A DNA stretch of 63,142 nt, counting the filler, from Candidatus Rokuibacteriota bacterium (GTDB lineage Bacteria; JAUVQV01; DATDCY01), in the NCBI GenBank assembly GCA_031406795.1. It is 5 parts of 5 records of this genome, joined end to end, with 100 filler letters (N's around TTAATTAATTAA, not from the genome) between each part and the next. Parts side by side here need not be neighbours in the genome. Positions count along the whole stretch, not along the records: positions 33,915 to 49,725 come from JANOHV010000083.1; 4 more parts are not named here. One strand, written 5' to 3'. Position numbers and translations under genes: made by a program. This document shows, one piece after another, positions 35,224 to 45,224 of the stretch (its first letter is position 1; the number at the start of each line of letters is the position of its first letter). Under the pieces are notes generated by a model. The model saw only the letters and a list, made by a program, of their open reading frames with translations. It was not told where the DNA came from and made no database searches.

Positions 35224-36338
35224 CGGGGGCCTTGTCGCTCGCCGTGTTGCGCGCGATGCTTGCGCGCGGGCTGGACATCTGCGTCGGGTTCTACCTCCCC
35301 GGCGGGAGCGGTTACACTCCCGATCCAGCGGAAGACCTGAAGTCCGAGGGACGGCTGATCGACCTGTCGGCCTGCCACGGCGAGGTCGGCATCGCCGCCC
35401 TGGACAAGATCGTACGCGAGCGGTGCATCGGCCTCGTGCTCCAGATCGGTTCCCCCTGGGCCTACCGGCAGCTGCCGTACCTGAAAGCGCGGCACGCGGG
35501 GTTGCGCGTGGTGGACACGCTTTACAACAAGATCGGCCACACGCTCAACTACTTCCTCTACGAAGCCTGTTTCGACGGCGTTATCGTCGAGAGCGAGGAT
35601 ATGCTGCAGTATATCCAAGCCTGCTCTGCCAAGAGTGATCCCCGGGTACGCAAGGTCGAAAGCGGCATCGACGTCGAGCGGTTCGCGCACCCGCCAGCCG
35701 CGCTGCGCGACGGCGCCGGACTCGTCGTCGGTTACTTCGGACGCATGTCGCCGGAGAAGAATCCGCTCGGTTTCGTCGAATTGGCCGAGCGGTTGCACGC
35801 CGTCCTGCCGGCGCTCTCCTTCTGCATGTTCGGGGAGGGGAACATGACGGAGGATGTTCGCGCGCGCATCACGGCGGGCAGCGCAGCAGGCGTCATCCAT
35901 TTCGGAGGCTATGTGGACCACCCGACCACCGCGCTCGCTCAGATGGACGTGCTGGTGGTTCCCTCCAAGCTGGATGGGCGCCCGAATGTCGTGATGGAGG
36001 CGAGCGCCTGTGGAGTGCCCGTCATCGGCGCCCCGGTTGGCGGGATCCCCGAGCTGATCGAACCCGGATCCAACGGGCTGATCCTCGCACCCGAAGACCA
36101 TTCTCGGATCGCCGGGGTGCTCGCGGACTGGCTGAAAGACGCCGAATCCTTCAGCAGCCTCCGCAGGAGTTGTCGCGCTACCGCCGAGAGGCGGTTCGAC
36201 CATCGGCGCATGCTGGACGCCTATGAGTCTGTGTTCAGGGAGTTTCTTTCCAGGCCTGCGCCGCAACGCGCGGAAAAACACGCGGACGCGGACAAACCGG
36301 GGGATCGCGAAGCGCGGCCCCCGTCGACAACAAGATGA
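35166..36338 (+). CDS. GT4 glycosyltransferase
   Basis: GYFGRMSPEKN, VVPSKLDGRPNVVMEASACGVPVI, GGIPELI. Confidence 0.9.
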   Translation: MQTRPADKQGILALLPFLVTGALSLAVLRAMLARGLDICVGFYLPGGSGYTPDPAEDLKSEGRLIDLSACHGEVGIAALDKIVRERCIGLVLQIGSPWAYRQLPYLKARHAGLRVVDTLYNKIGHTLNYFLYEACFDGVIVESEDMLQYIQACSAKSDPRVRKVESGIDVERFAHPPAALRDGAGLVVGYFGRMSPEKNPLGFVELAERLHAVLPALSFCMFGEGNMTEDVRARITAGSAAGVIHFGGYVDHPTTALAQMDVLVVPSKLDGRPNVVMEASACGVPVIGAPVGGIPELIEPGSNGLILAPEDHSRIAGVLADWLKDAESFSSLRRSCRATAERRFDHRRMLDAYESVFREFLSRPAPQRAEKHADADKPGDREARPPSTTR

Positions 36339-36553
36339 TGGCACGGGAACAGGCAGGACTTTGAATCTCTGTCAGAATCTCTCCCGGTAAGCGATCGCGG
36401 ACATGATCATCGCCGCCAGAAAGACTTCTTTCTTGTGTTAGGCTGCATTCACCAGGAGGACCTGCCGATCATGAGCCTTGAGGAAGGACATCCATCGGCG
36501 CCTCAGCCCCTGGCCGCACCGCCTCTTGCCGTCTGGTAGAATATCTGCCAATA

Positions 36554-38041
36554 ATGATGCTCAAAGGAATCGTGAAATTCATTCTCCCCGCCGGAGTCTA
36601 TCGGCGGATAGCAGCCATCTGTTATGCTCAGGAGCACTTGGGCGCCCTGTCTGCGCAGACCGAAGCGCTCCGGCAGTTGCTCCAGCAACAGAAGGAACTG
36701 GCCGACTCGATCGCTAGAGAGGTCCGCCAACAAGCGGAGTGGATCTCGTCCAGCGACAAGAAGCTGCAGCACCAGGCGGAATGGAATGCGGCCAACGACA
36801 AGGAGTTGCAGCGACACGCGGATCGGATTGAATCTTGCGACAGGAGCTTGCGGCTACTGCGGGATGCCATCCGTCCAGAGCTTGCATCAATCGTAAGAAA
36901 GGTCACCGACACGGGAGACAAACTCTCGCTGACCTGGGACATCCTCCGCTACAACCTTTTGAAGGGCAAGGCGGAAGCGCTTCTGGAATTCGAATCTGGC
37001 TTGGCCTACACCATCGCTGCGGGCGAGGTTAATGAATGGTTTGACAATTATGACGCGGCGTTCTGCGATCCGACCGCTATCGCGGCATGGATTGAGAGTC
37101 GAAAGGGGAATTACGCCGAAGGGATTCCCGCCATTATGGATCGAGTGACGGACGAATTGCCGAAACTCTCTGATTTCTATCAACTGCTTGAAGGCGACGA
37201 CACCTCCCGAGATCTGCTGCTCCGGTTGATCGCCTGGCGGCTGATTGGCTTTACAAAAATCAAGCTACTGCCGGATGCCCAGGTGCGCGCCGAACAGGAA
37301 TTCTACGCGCATCTTGACGAAATCGAGGTTGCCGGGGTACCCACGCTCAGGCAAGCACAGTTCGAACTTAAATGCTTCGACCTCTCCCGTTATGGGTTTG
37401 ATCTGCGGTGTTATGCCATCCCGCTTTCTCTGATCATGGATTTCGTGCGGCGTCAGTATGAAAATGGCGATGTCGGGGTGCGCGCCGCTGACGTGGTGCT
37501 GGACTGCGGCGCGTGCTGGGGAGACACTTCGCTGATGTTTGCTCACCAGTGCGGGAAGACGGGACGCGTTTACGCATTCGAGTTTGTAGCATCGAATCTG
37601 GACGTCTTCCACCGCAATCTTGCCTTGAATCCCCTTTTCGCGCCGCGAATCACTCTGGTGCCTCATGCGGTTTCGGATCGTTCAGGGGAAAGGGTATCCT
37701 GCGCGGACAAGGGAACTTCGAGCTCCATCTCGCTGCAGCAGGGGGGCGCTGTAAACACGGAATTTCCTGAATCCATTTCGATCGATGACTTCGTCCGGTC
37801 GCACGGACTGACGAAGGTCGATTTCATCAAGATGGACATCGAGGGTTCCGAAATGGCAGCACTCGCCGGCGCGGCAGAAACCATACGGCGTTTTCGGCCG
37901 CGTTTGGCGATTTCGGTTTATCACAAGCCGGACGACATCTGGCAGATCCCGTTGTATCTGAAGACCGTGAACCCCGAGTATCGCTTTTCGCTCAAACATT
38001 GCAGTCGCAGTTCGCTGGAGACCATTCTCTTCGCATCGTAG
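36554..38041 (+). CDS. FkbM-family methyltransferase with N-terminal coiled coil
   Basis: VLDCGACWGD, VYAFEF, VDFIKMDIEGSE, PRLAISVYH; N-terminal 14-aa QAEW repeats. Confidence 0.88.
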   Translation: MMLKGIVKFILPAGVYRRIAAICYAQEHLGALSAQTEALRQLLQQQKELADSIAREVRQQAEWISSSDKKLQHQAEWNAANDKELQRHADRIESCDRSLRLLRDAIRPELASIVRKVTDTGDKLSLTWDILRYNLLKGKAEALLEFESGLAYTIAAGEVNEWFDNYDAAFCDPTAIAAWIESRKGNYAEGIPAIMDRVTDELPKLSDFYQLLEGDDTSRDLLLRLIAWRLIGFTKIKLLPDAQVRAEQEFYAHLDEIEVAGVPTLRQAQFELKCFDLSRYGFDLRCYAIPLSLIMDFVRRQYENGDVGVRAADVVLDCGACWGDTSLMFAHQCGKTGRVYAFEFVASNLDVFHRNLALNPLFAPRITLVPHAVSDRSGERVSCADKGTSSSISLQQGGAVNTEFPESISIDDFVRSHGLTKVDFIKMDIEGSEMAALAGAAETIRRFRPRLAISVYHKPDDIWQIPLYLKTVNPEYRFSLKHCSRSSLETILFAS

Positions 38042-38106
38042 TACTTCAGCTGCCTTCCCGGCACCTTGTGCAATCATCGCTTTCGCGACAGGACGATTGA
38101 GGTAAC

Positions 38107-39030
38107 TCAGCAGGCAATTCTCATCCAGAAAGAACAGCCGTTCTTTTGCAGATTTCTCAACTTGTCGGTATCCCAGACGTTATCCAGTGTACCGGCCAGT
38201 TCCTGGTCACAAATGACAAAATGGTTTGGAAGAACGATTTCAAGCTTCTGGCCCTCTGCCAGCAGATAACATGCCAGACCGTACTGTTCCGAATAGTATC
38301 TTTCGGCCCACTCTGCCGGATAATCATACGGCAGGCAGATATCATGGATCTGGATCAAGACTCCTTTTCTCAATCGTGGCAAAACATCGAGGAACGTCAC
38401 CGTAGCATCGGAATTCATGAACATTCTGTGCGAATTGTCAATAAACAGAATGTCATCCGCACCCAACGCATCGAAAACCGAAAGACCCACGTTTTCGAGC
38501 TTCTCTCTGATAACGACATCGCAGAGCGCGTCAATTTCTGCGCGTGGTTGCGGATCAATCGACGTTATTACTGTCTTCAATCGATGGTCCCGGATTGCTC
38601 TTCTGGCAAATTTTGTGGAATTCCCCGAGCCGACTTCAAGGTAATGGGCGGGATTGTGCATTGCCAAAAAATGATAGAGAACCATGCTGTCAAGAATTGG
38701 CAGCCAGCCGTTTTCCCATCCGGGATCTGTACTGCCCGCAGGGGGTTCGACAGCTATAGCTTCAAAACAATCTCTATATCTTGAAAGCTCTTGAAGAATG
38801 CGTTTATACATATCTCGTCTCTTGTTTATTATTTTGTAAAGAAAGATATTGGGAGCTTCCTGACTATATCTGCGTTTGGATTCAAAAGGGTAATCAAGAT
38901 AGACGGGGAATTTGTGTTCTGAAGGATTGTCGGACCGTTGAGCAGGTTCCGGACATCTTGTCTTGACCAAGTTCTGAAGCAAGCTTCTTATCATTGGTTG
39001 CATCACTCCACATGTATTGATGATATCCAC
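38107..39030 (-). CDS. Class I SAM methyltransferase (Methyltransf_24-like), low GC
   Basis: YLEVGSGNST, SIDPQPR, ILFIDNSH, IHDICLPYDYP, YSEQY. The start codon is uncertain. Confidence 0.82.
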   Translation of the reverse strand: MDIINTCGVMQPMIRSLLQNLVKTRCPEPAQRSDNPSEHKFPVYLDYPFESKRRYSQEAPNIFLYKIINKRRDMYKRILQELSRYRDCFEAIAVEPPAGSTDPGWENGWLPILDSMVLYHFLAMHNPAHYLEVGSGNSTKFARRAIRDHRLKTVITSIDPQPRAEIDALCDVVIREKLENVGLSVFDALGADDILFIDNSHRMFMNSDATVTFLDVLPRLRKGVLIQIHDICLPYDYPAEWAERYYSEQYGLACYLLAEGQKLEIVLPNHFVICDQELAGTLDNVWDTDKLRNLQKNGCSFWMRIAC

Positions 39031-39673
39031 GTCAGTTGATCGGCGTCGAGTGAAGTACGTTTCTTTGATATCTACCTGCTGGTGGAGACAAAAGTCAAGA
39101 TACGGTAGATCAGGAGTTCCCCCAATGTAGACAGACTTGCACCCCCTTGGCGGAGGTTCTCACTTCAACGACTCACCTGTTCTCCATCATGCTTTCAGGG
39201 ACCAACGGGCTCTTCGGCACTCGCTGACCGCGCATCAGATGACGCATATCCGCTTGTCCTCAGCGGCAAACTGCGCTGAACGGCCATGGTTGTCTTTTTT
39301 CTCTGCTCTCTGGGGCACTTCCCCCGTTCTGTTGCCCATTGACTTCCATTCTCGGCAGCGTTTAATATTGAATCTGAAGGTCAGAACACGATTTCATACC
39401 GAGGGGTCCAGCAGGGTGGCAGGATGGGGTTAAGCGGTGTGTGTTTTTCGGTGCGATGAAGGCAAGTCCTGTCTCGTAACGATCGTGGGCTCGCGCATGT
39501 CGCACCATGGATGACCTCTCGGAGATTTGCGGGTACTTCGATAGGGAGGAATTCGCACGCACGCTCCTGACCATCGGTGCTCTGGACGTCGAGGATTTGC
39601 CGGCAAACGCCGGCTGCTCCAACCGTATCCGCTCCGTCCGGCAGCTTCCTGAGCCGGTGCGTGGCGGGGCTAC

Positions 39674-40669
39674 GTGATGGTCCTCCGGGGAATGTCGCAG
39701 GAACAAGCCCGGTCGGAACGCGAGACCCCGGCCGAGAGCACGGCTCGCCAATGTGCGGCCTTGCCACGGCACAGTTGCCTAGTCTGTTGCTCCTCTAAGG
39801 TGGTCAAGTCGCGACGCTTTCCCGCCCCGTCCATGCGGCATTGCCTACGCTGCGACGCGGATTTTTTCGCCGGCGAGCTCCCCGGCCCAGACTTATACTC
39901 GCCAGCCTACTTCGCGGGGGACGAGTACTACTCGTACGTCGAAGACGAGGCGGTCCACCGCCTGAACGCGGATCGCAAGATCGAGCGACTGCTCCGGCAC
40001 GGGGTTGCGCCCCGCGTCGTCGTCGAGATCGGGTGTGCCTACGGCTTCTTCCTGCGACGAGTGGCCGAGCGCTTTCCACACACAATGTGCATTGGCATCG
40101 ACGTAAACCCGGAAGTAATCGCAGCGGCGCGCTGCCACGGCGGCGAAATATTGTTTTTCCACGCCGGTGAGCGCGACGCGTTCTTCGCCGCGACGCGCAA
40201 CGCACCAGTGGACTGGCTCGTTGCATGGGACACGTTCGAGCACCTGCCCGATGCCGAGGTGTTCCTTCAGTACGTGCGCAAGATTGCCAACCCGAAGTCG
40301 CTTTGCGCGTTGACGACCATCGACGCGGGCGGTTTGGTCGGGCGTCTGCGCGGCACGCGTTGGCGTCAATTCCACCCGCCCACACACGTGCTCTACCCGA
40401 CCCGACGAACACTGGCCTATCTCGCGCGCGTGGTGGGCTGGAAGGTCCTGGCCCACGAGACGTTCGGGTACTATCGACCGGCGCGGCACTATCTCGCGGT
40501 GGGGAGCCGCATCCTCCCGCGCTCGCTGCGGGCGTGCTACCAGCGACTGCTGATGAAACCGCCGTTCGGCAGGGGTATTTACCTTAACTTATATGACATC
40601 GACCTGTTCGCATTCCGGTGCACCGACGAAGCGCCGTCGTGTCGGGGAGCCGAGGAAGTCAGCCAATGA
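39674..40669 (+). CDS. Class I SAM methyltransferase with N-terminal CxxC...CxxC
   Basis: CLVC/CLRC, VEIGCAYGFF, WDTFEHLPD, PPTHVLY. The start is uncertain; the stop overlaps the next ATG. Confidence 0.8.
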   Translation: MMVLRGMSQEQARSERETPAESTARQCAALPRHSCLVCCSSKVVKSRRFPAPSMRHCLRCDADFFAGELPGPDLYSPAYFAGDEYYSYVEDEAVHRLNADRKIERLLRHGVAPRVVVEIGCAYGFFLRRVAERFPHTMCIGIDVNPEVIAAARCHGGEILFFHAGERDAFFAATRNAPVDWLVAWDTFEHLPDAEVFLQYVRKIANPKSLCALTTIDAGGLVGRLRGTRWRQFHPPTHVLYPTRRTLAYLARVVGWKVLAHETFGYYRPARHYLAVGSRILPRSLRACYQRLLMKPPFGRGIYLNLYDIDLFAFRCTDEAPSCRGAEEVSQ

Positions 40670-41616
40670 AGACGCTGAGCATCGTCTGCCCCGTATTCAA
40701 TGAGGAGGAGGTCATCGCGGCGTTTTATCGAACGCTCGCTGCTGAGCTCGACGCCATCCGGCAGCGTTACCGGGCAGAGGTGATCTTCGTCGTGGATCGC
40801 TCCATGGACCAAACCCTCGAGATCCTGCGGGGGATCGCCGCCAGCGACCCGCGCGTGCGGGTACTGGCGCTGTCGAGCCGCTTCGGGCACCAGATGTCGC
40901 TCGTGGCAGGCATGGACCATGCCGAGGGAGACGCCGTCGTGATGCTGGACTCCGACCTGCAGCATCCTCCCGAGCTCATCCCGAAGATGCTCGAGAAGTT
41001 CGAGGAGGGGTACGACATCGTATTCACGGTCCGCGAGGATGCCCCCGATAGTGGGCTCCTCAAGCGTTGGTCGTCGCGGATGTTCTACCGCCTCGTGAAC
41101 AAGCTCACTACCGTGCCGGTGCAGGAGAGCGCGGCCGACTTCCGGCTCGTTTCGCGGCGGGTGGCGCGCGTGTTCCAGACGCAGATCCGCGAGCGCAACC
41201 AGTTCCTCCGCGGCCTCTACGGCTGGGTCGGATTCAGGTCCATCGGGTTGCGCTTCGCTGGCCAGCCCCGCGGCGGTGGCCGCAGCAAGTACTCCGTGCC
41301 CCGACTCGTGCGGTTCGCGACGGAGGGCGTCATCTCGTTCAGTAAGCGCCCGCTCTCAGCGGCGATCTACCTGGGGTTCGCTTTCGCGTTCCTCGGCCTG
41401 CTCCTCGCCATCGTGGCTGTCTTCCAGTTCTTCTATTATGCCTCTCTCCCCTCGGGCTGGACCACGCTCGTCATCTTGATCTCGGTGTTCAGCGGCGTGC
41501 AACTCGTCTTTCTTGGTGTCATCGGCGAGTACGTGGGGTTCATCTTCGACGAAGTGAAGAACCGGCCTCTCTACATCGTTGAGGAGGCGATCGGGTTCCC
41601 CCGCTCGCAGCCGTAA
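40666..41616 (+). CDS. GtrB/ArnC-like polyprenol-phosphate glycosyltransferase (GT2)
   Basis: LSIVCPVFNEE, LSSRFGHQ, LDSDLQHPPE, DFRLVSR, two C-terminal TM helices, GEYVG...VKNRPLYIV. Confidence 0.92.
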   Translation: MKTLSIVCPVFNEEEVIAAFYRTLAAELDAIRQRYRAEVIFVVDRSMDQTLEILRGIAASDPRVRVLALSSRFGHQMSLVAGMDHAEGDAVVMLDSDLQHPPELIPKMLEKFEEGYDIVFTVREDAPDSGLLKRWSSRMFYRLVNKLTTVPVQESAADFRLVSRRVARVFQTQIRERNQFLRGLYGWVGFRSIGLRFAGQPRGGGRSKYSVPRLVRFATEGVISFSKRPLSAAIYLGFAFAFLGLLLAIVAVFQFFYYASLPSGWTTLVILISVFSGVQLVFLGVIGEYVGFIFDEVKNRPLYIVEEAIGFPRSQP

Positions 41617-41622
41617 CAACCT

Positions 41623-43134
41623 ATGCAAGACCGCGTGTTCGCTCTCGAAAGCCGACACATCTCGTGGGCCGCCGCGGGAATCATGCTTGCATCGCTTATG
41701 CCGCAATTCTTCTACTTCTCGCCCGACGACATCTGCTTTGCAGTCATGCCAGACCCCAACCGCGCAATCGGGCAGGTCTACATGAGCGGCGGGCGGTATC
41801 TGAGCGCCCTTCTTTTCGAAGCGCTACGGGTTTGCCACCTCAACGCGATGCGCGATTACCCGGTGCTGGCTGCGCTCTACGCCATCGCGTTCGGCTACTT
41901 CGCGAAATCGGCCGCGTCCTTCGTATGGCCCGAAAACCGCAGCCCGGTCGTCCCGGTCATGGGCGCCGCCCTCTTCTGCTTTCACGGTTTCCAGCTTGAT
42001 CTCAACTCTTTCAAGCTCCAGTACGGTGTGAGCGCACTCATGTACGCACTGATGGCTGCGTATCTGGCTGTCATGTCACGAGCGGGCTACCCGCGGCGGA
42101 AGTATGCCTATGGCCTTGCGCTGCTCGTGCTGCTCAACTTCACGTATCAACCCGCCACGATGGCGTTGGCGTGGCTCACCCTCGCAAGGGCGTTGGTCGA
42201 ATTGGCGGGCTGCCGCGAGACGGGCGCCTCGTACCGCGCGCGGGTTCGTGGCGTCTTCGCCCGCCTCACACTCGCGGCGACGATTGTGGTCACTGCCGCA
42301 GGCCTGTACATCGTCGCGTCGGGCCTTCTCTCGCGGGCGGTGGGCATACCGCTCGTGAAAACGTATGCGCAATTCAGTTGGCCTGTCTTTCGCGGCCACT
42401 TCGCACAACACCTTTCGGCCATCGGCGAGTTGCTGAGGCCGGCGCCGGACGGTCTCCAGTATGGGCTCCTGAACGGGGGCGTGCTGCCCGTGCTCTGGGC
42501 GGCGTTGGCCCTCGCTTGTATCTACGCACTGTCCCGTTTGGCGGGTACCCTCGCTGCCGCGGTCGTCGCCGCGGTCGTCGTCCTCCTGCTGGTTTTCGCG
42601 CAAAACCCACAGAACCTGGCCGTCGCCTACTACTGGCCTTCACCGCGAAGTTCGTTCTACGCAAGCCTCATCACGCCCGTCCTCGCGGCAGCTGCCGCTG
42701 CGGCGGCGGCCGCCGCAAGCGCTGGGCGGAGGCGCGTCATAGTCGTCGTCGGTATCGCACTGCTGCTCGAAATCGCCGTAATGGCGCGGCTGATGGCGGA
42801 CCGCTATGAACTCTTTCGCCGCGACCTCGTGGTCGCTGCACAAATCAACGCACAGATCGCCGTCGACCCTCGCCTCTCCGGAGCCAAGGGTATCCGCTTC
42901 CCGGCCGCGCTGGGGCAGCCTTACACTCGCTTCTACGCCGGTCTCCCGTTTTCAGGCTTCGGGGCGGGGGGGTCCCTCTTCGCGTCCCCGTGGGCCCGAT
43001 CCGCGTTGCTTCAATACGCCGGCGGCGCCGACCTGTTGTTCACGGGCGATGCGACATGCCAGGCGGATGAGCCGAGGCACCTCCGACCGATGTCGCTCCG
43101 CCGCGAGGGAGACGACATCGTGGTTTGTTTTTGA
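41623..43134 (+). CDS. Polytopic membrane protein, probable GtrII/GtrC-like GT-C transferase
   Basis: About 11 hydrophobic segments; early SPDD and GRY motifs; TYQP; directly follows the gtrB-like gene. Confidence 0.6.
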   Translation: MQDRVFALESRHISWAAAGIMLASLMPQFFYFSPDDICFAVMPDPNRAIGQVYMSGGRYLSALLFEALRVCHLNAMRDYPVLAALYAIAFGYFAKSAASFVWPENRSPVVPVMGAALFCFHGFQLDLNSFKLQYGVSALMYALMAAYLAVMSRAGYPRRKYAYGLALLVLLNFTYQPATMALAWLTLARALVELAGCRETGASYRARVRGVFARLTLAATIVVTAAGLYIVASGLLSRAVGIPLVKTYAQFSWPVFRGHFAQHLSAIGELLRPAPDGLQYGLLNGGVLPVLWAALALACIYALSRLAGTLAAAVVAAVVVLLLVFAQNPQNLAVAYYWPSPRSSFYASLITPVLAAAAAAAAAAASAGRRRVIVVVGIALLLEIAVMARLMADRYELFRRDLVVAAQINAQIAVDPRLSGAKGIRFPAALGQPYTRFYAGLPFSGFGAGGSLFASPWARSALLQYAGGADLLFTGDATCQADEPRHLRPMSLRREGDDIVVCF

Positions 43135-43500
43135 AAGTGCCGACGCGTTGTTTCCGGATCAGAATCGCTCGCGAACATCATAAAAACTCTCCAAAATCGT
43201 CTCGGGTAGCGTCGAATAGTACATGCCGAAGCTCGGAATAAGACATCCAAGTCCGCGCCGGAGGATTGGCTGCATTTTGCAGGGCAACTCCTGGTCGGGG
43301 AGACGGGGCACCTGCCGGGACAGCCGCAGGCTGAAGGCGCAGGAGGCAAGAAATCAGGCGACTGGGAGGATCTCGCCGGACGTCGAAGCCTTGTCTTGAT
43401 CTTGTCTTTCGCATATCATAATTATCAGGAACAAGTAGGTTTCGAATCGTGCCGCAATGGACCCCGATACTTGCAGGTCCGTCAGCCAGGGAGGCTGTTG

Positions 43501-44499
43501 ATGTCACTGAACGGGAAGAAAGTCCTGCTGACCGGGGCGGACGGCTTCATCGGCAGCCATCTCGCGGAAGCGCTCGTCGCCAGCGGCTGCAAGCTCAAGG
43601 CCTTCGTCTTCTACAACTCCTTCAACAGCTGGGGCTGGCTTGATACGCTCCCGCGGGCCGTGCTGGACGAGATCGAAGTCTTCGCGGGCGACATCCGGGA
43701 TCCCAATGGCGTCGAGGTGTCGATGCGGGGGTGCGACCTCGTGTTCCATCTGGCCGCACTGATCGCCATTCCATTCTCGTATCATTCGCCGGATTCCTAC
43801 GTCGACACGAATATCCGGGGGACCCTCAATGTCCTTCAGGCCGCCCGCAGGCACAACGTCAGCCGGGTTCTGGTAACCTCGACCTCGGAGGTGTACGGGA
43901 CCGCGCAGTACGCCCCGATCGACGAGAAGCATCCCTGTCAGGGGCAGTCGCCGTACAGCGCGACGAAGATCGGTGCGGACCGGCTCGCCGAGTCCTTTTA
44001 CCGCTCCTTCGACACCCCGGTGGTGACGGTCCGTCCCTTCAATACCTACGGTCCCCGCCAATCGGCGCGGGCCGTGATTCCCACGATCATCACCCAATTG
44101 CTCTGCGGGGAGACGACCATCCGTCTGGGCAGTCTGAGCCCCACGCGCGACTTCAACTACGTGAAGGACACGGTCCAGGGCTTCCTGGAGCTGGCCGACG
44201 CGCCGAACGTGATCGGCGAGGAAGTGAACATCGCCACGGGGAGGGAGCACTCGGTCGGGGATGTTGCCTCGATCCTGATCTCGGAACTCAACCCCGAGGC
44301 CCGGATCGTCGAGGAGGCGGCGCGTCTGCGCCCGGAGAAATCGGAAGTCTTCCGCCTCATCGGGGACAACGCAAAGCTCACCCGTCTGACCCGGTGGCAG
44401 CCACGCTATGATCTGGCGGCAGGCCTCAAGGATACCGTGGCCTGGTTCCGGGAACCGGGCAACCTCGCGAAGTACAAGGCCTGGCTCTACAACGTCTAG
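43501..44499 (+). CDS. NAD-dependent nucleotide-sugar 4,6-dehydratase (LegB-like)
   Basis: TGADGFIGSHL, YNSFNSWGWLD, HLAALIAIPFSY, STSEVYG, YSATK, RPFNTYGPRQSARA. Confidence 0.9.
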   Translation: MSLNGKKVLLTGADGFIGSHLAEALVASGCKLKAFVFYNSFNSWGWLDTLPRAVLDEIEVFAGDIRDPNGVEVSMRGCDLVFHLAALIAIPFSYHSPDSYVDTNIRGTLNVLQAARRHNVSRVLVTSTSEVYGTAQYAPIDEKHPCQGQSPYSATKIGADRLAESFYRSFDTPVVTVRPFNTYGPRQSARAVIPTIITQLLCGETTIRLGSLSPTRDFNYVKDTVQGFLELADAPNVIGEEVNIATGREHSVGDVASILISELNPEARIVEEAARLRPEKSEVFRLIGDNAKLTRLTRWQPRYDLAAGLKDTVAWFREPGNLAKYKAWLYNV

Positions 44500-44507
44500 G
44501 GGGACCG

Positions 44508-45224
44508 ATGCGCGCTGTGATTCTCGCCGGTGGCAAGGGGACGCGCCTGCTCCCGTACACCACGCTTATCCCGAAGCCGCTCGTGCCGCTCGGCGGGCAG
44601 TATTCCATCCTCGAGATCATTCTCATGCAGCTCGCCGGTGCCGGCTTCACGAGGGTCACCCTGGCGGTGAACCACCTCGCGGACCTCATCATGGCCTACT
44701 TCGGCGATGGTTCCCGTTGGGGGATTCGCCTGGACTACTCGCTCGAAGACCGGCCGCTCTCGACAATCGGTCCGCTGACCCTGATCGACGATTTGCCCGA
44801 GCGGTTCCTCGTCATGAACGGTGACATCCTCTGCGACCTGGACTACGCCGCATTCTTCAACGCTCACGCGGCCAGCGATGCAATGGCCTCGGTCTCGGCC
44901 TACCGGCGGGAGGTGAAAATCGATTTCGGCGTGCTCACGTACGACAACGCCCATCGCCTGACCGGCTTTCAGGAAAAGCCCTCCTATCCGTTTGACGTCA
45001 GCATGGGGATCTACTGCCTCAATCGCAGCGTCGTCGAAGGACTGCCGCGCGGCGAGGCCTACGGATTCGACAACCTGATGCTCGACGCAATCAGGAATGG
45101 CAGCCCGATCGCGATCCAGCCGTTCTTCGGCTACTGGCTGGACATCGGCCGCCCCGACGATTACCAGTACGCGAACGACAACTTCGAAGAACTCGCAAGA
45201 CGTCTCGGCATCGGCTCGAAATGA
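44508..45224 (+). CDS. Sugar-phosphate nucleotidyltransferase
   Basis: AVILAGGKGTRLLPYT..PKPLVP, VMNGDIL, EKP, WLDIGRPDDY. Confidence 0.92.
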   Translation: MRAVILAGGKGTRLLPYTTLIPKPLVPLGGQYSILEIILMQLAGAGFTRVTLAVNHLADLIMAYFGDGSRWGIRLDYSLEDRPLSTIGPLTLIDDLPERFLVMNGDILCDLDYAAFFNAHAASDAMASVSAYRREVKIDFGVLTYDNAHRLTGFQEKPSYPFDVSMGIYCLNRSVVEGLPRGEAYGFDNLMLDAIRNGSPIAIQPFFGYWLDIGRPDDYQYANDNFEELARRLGIGSK

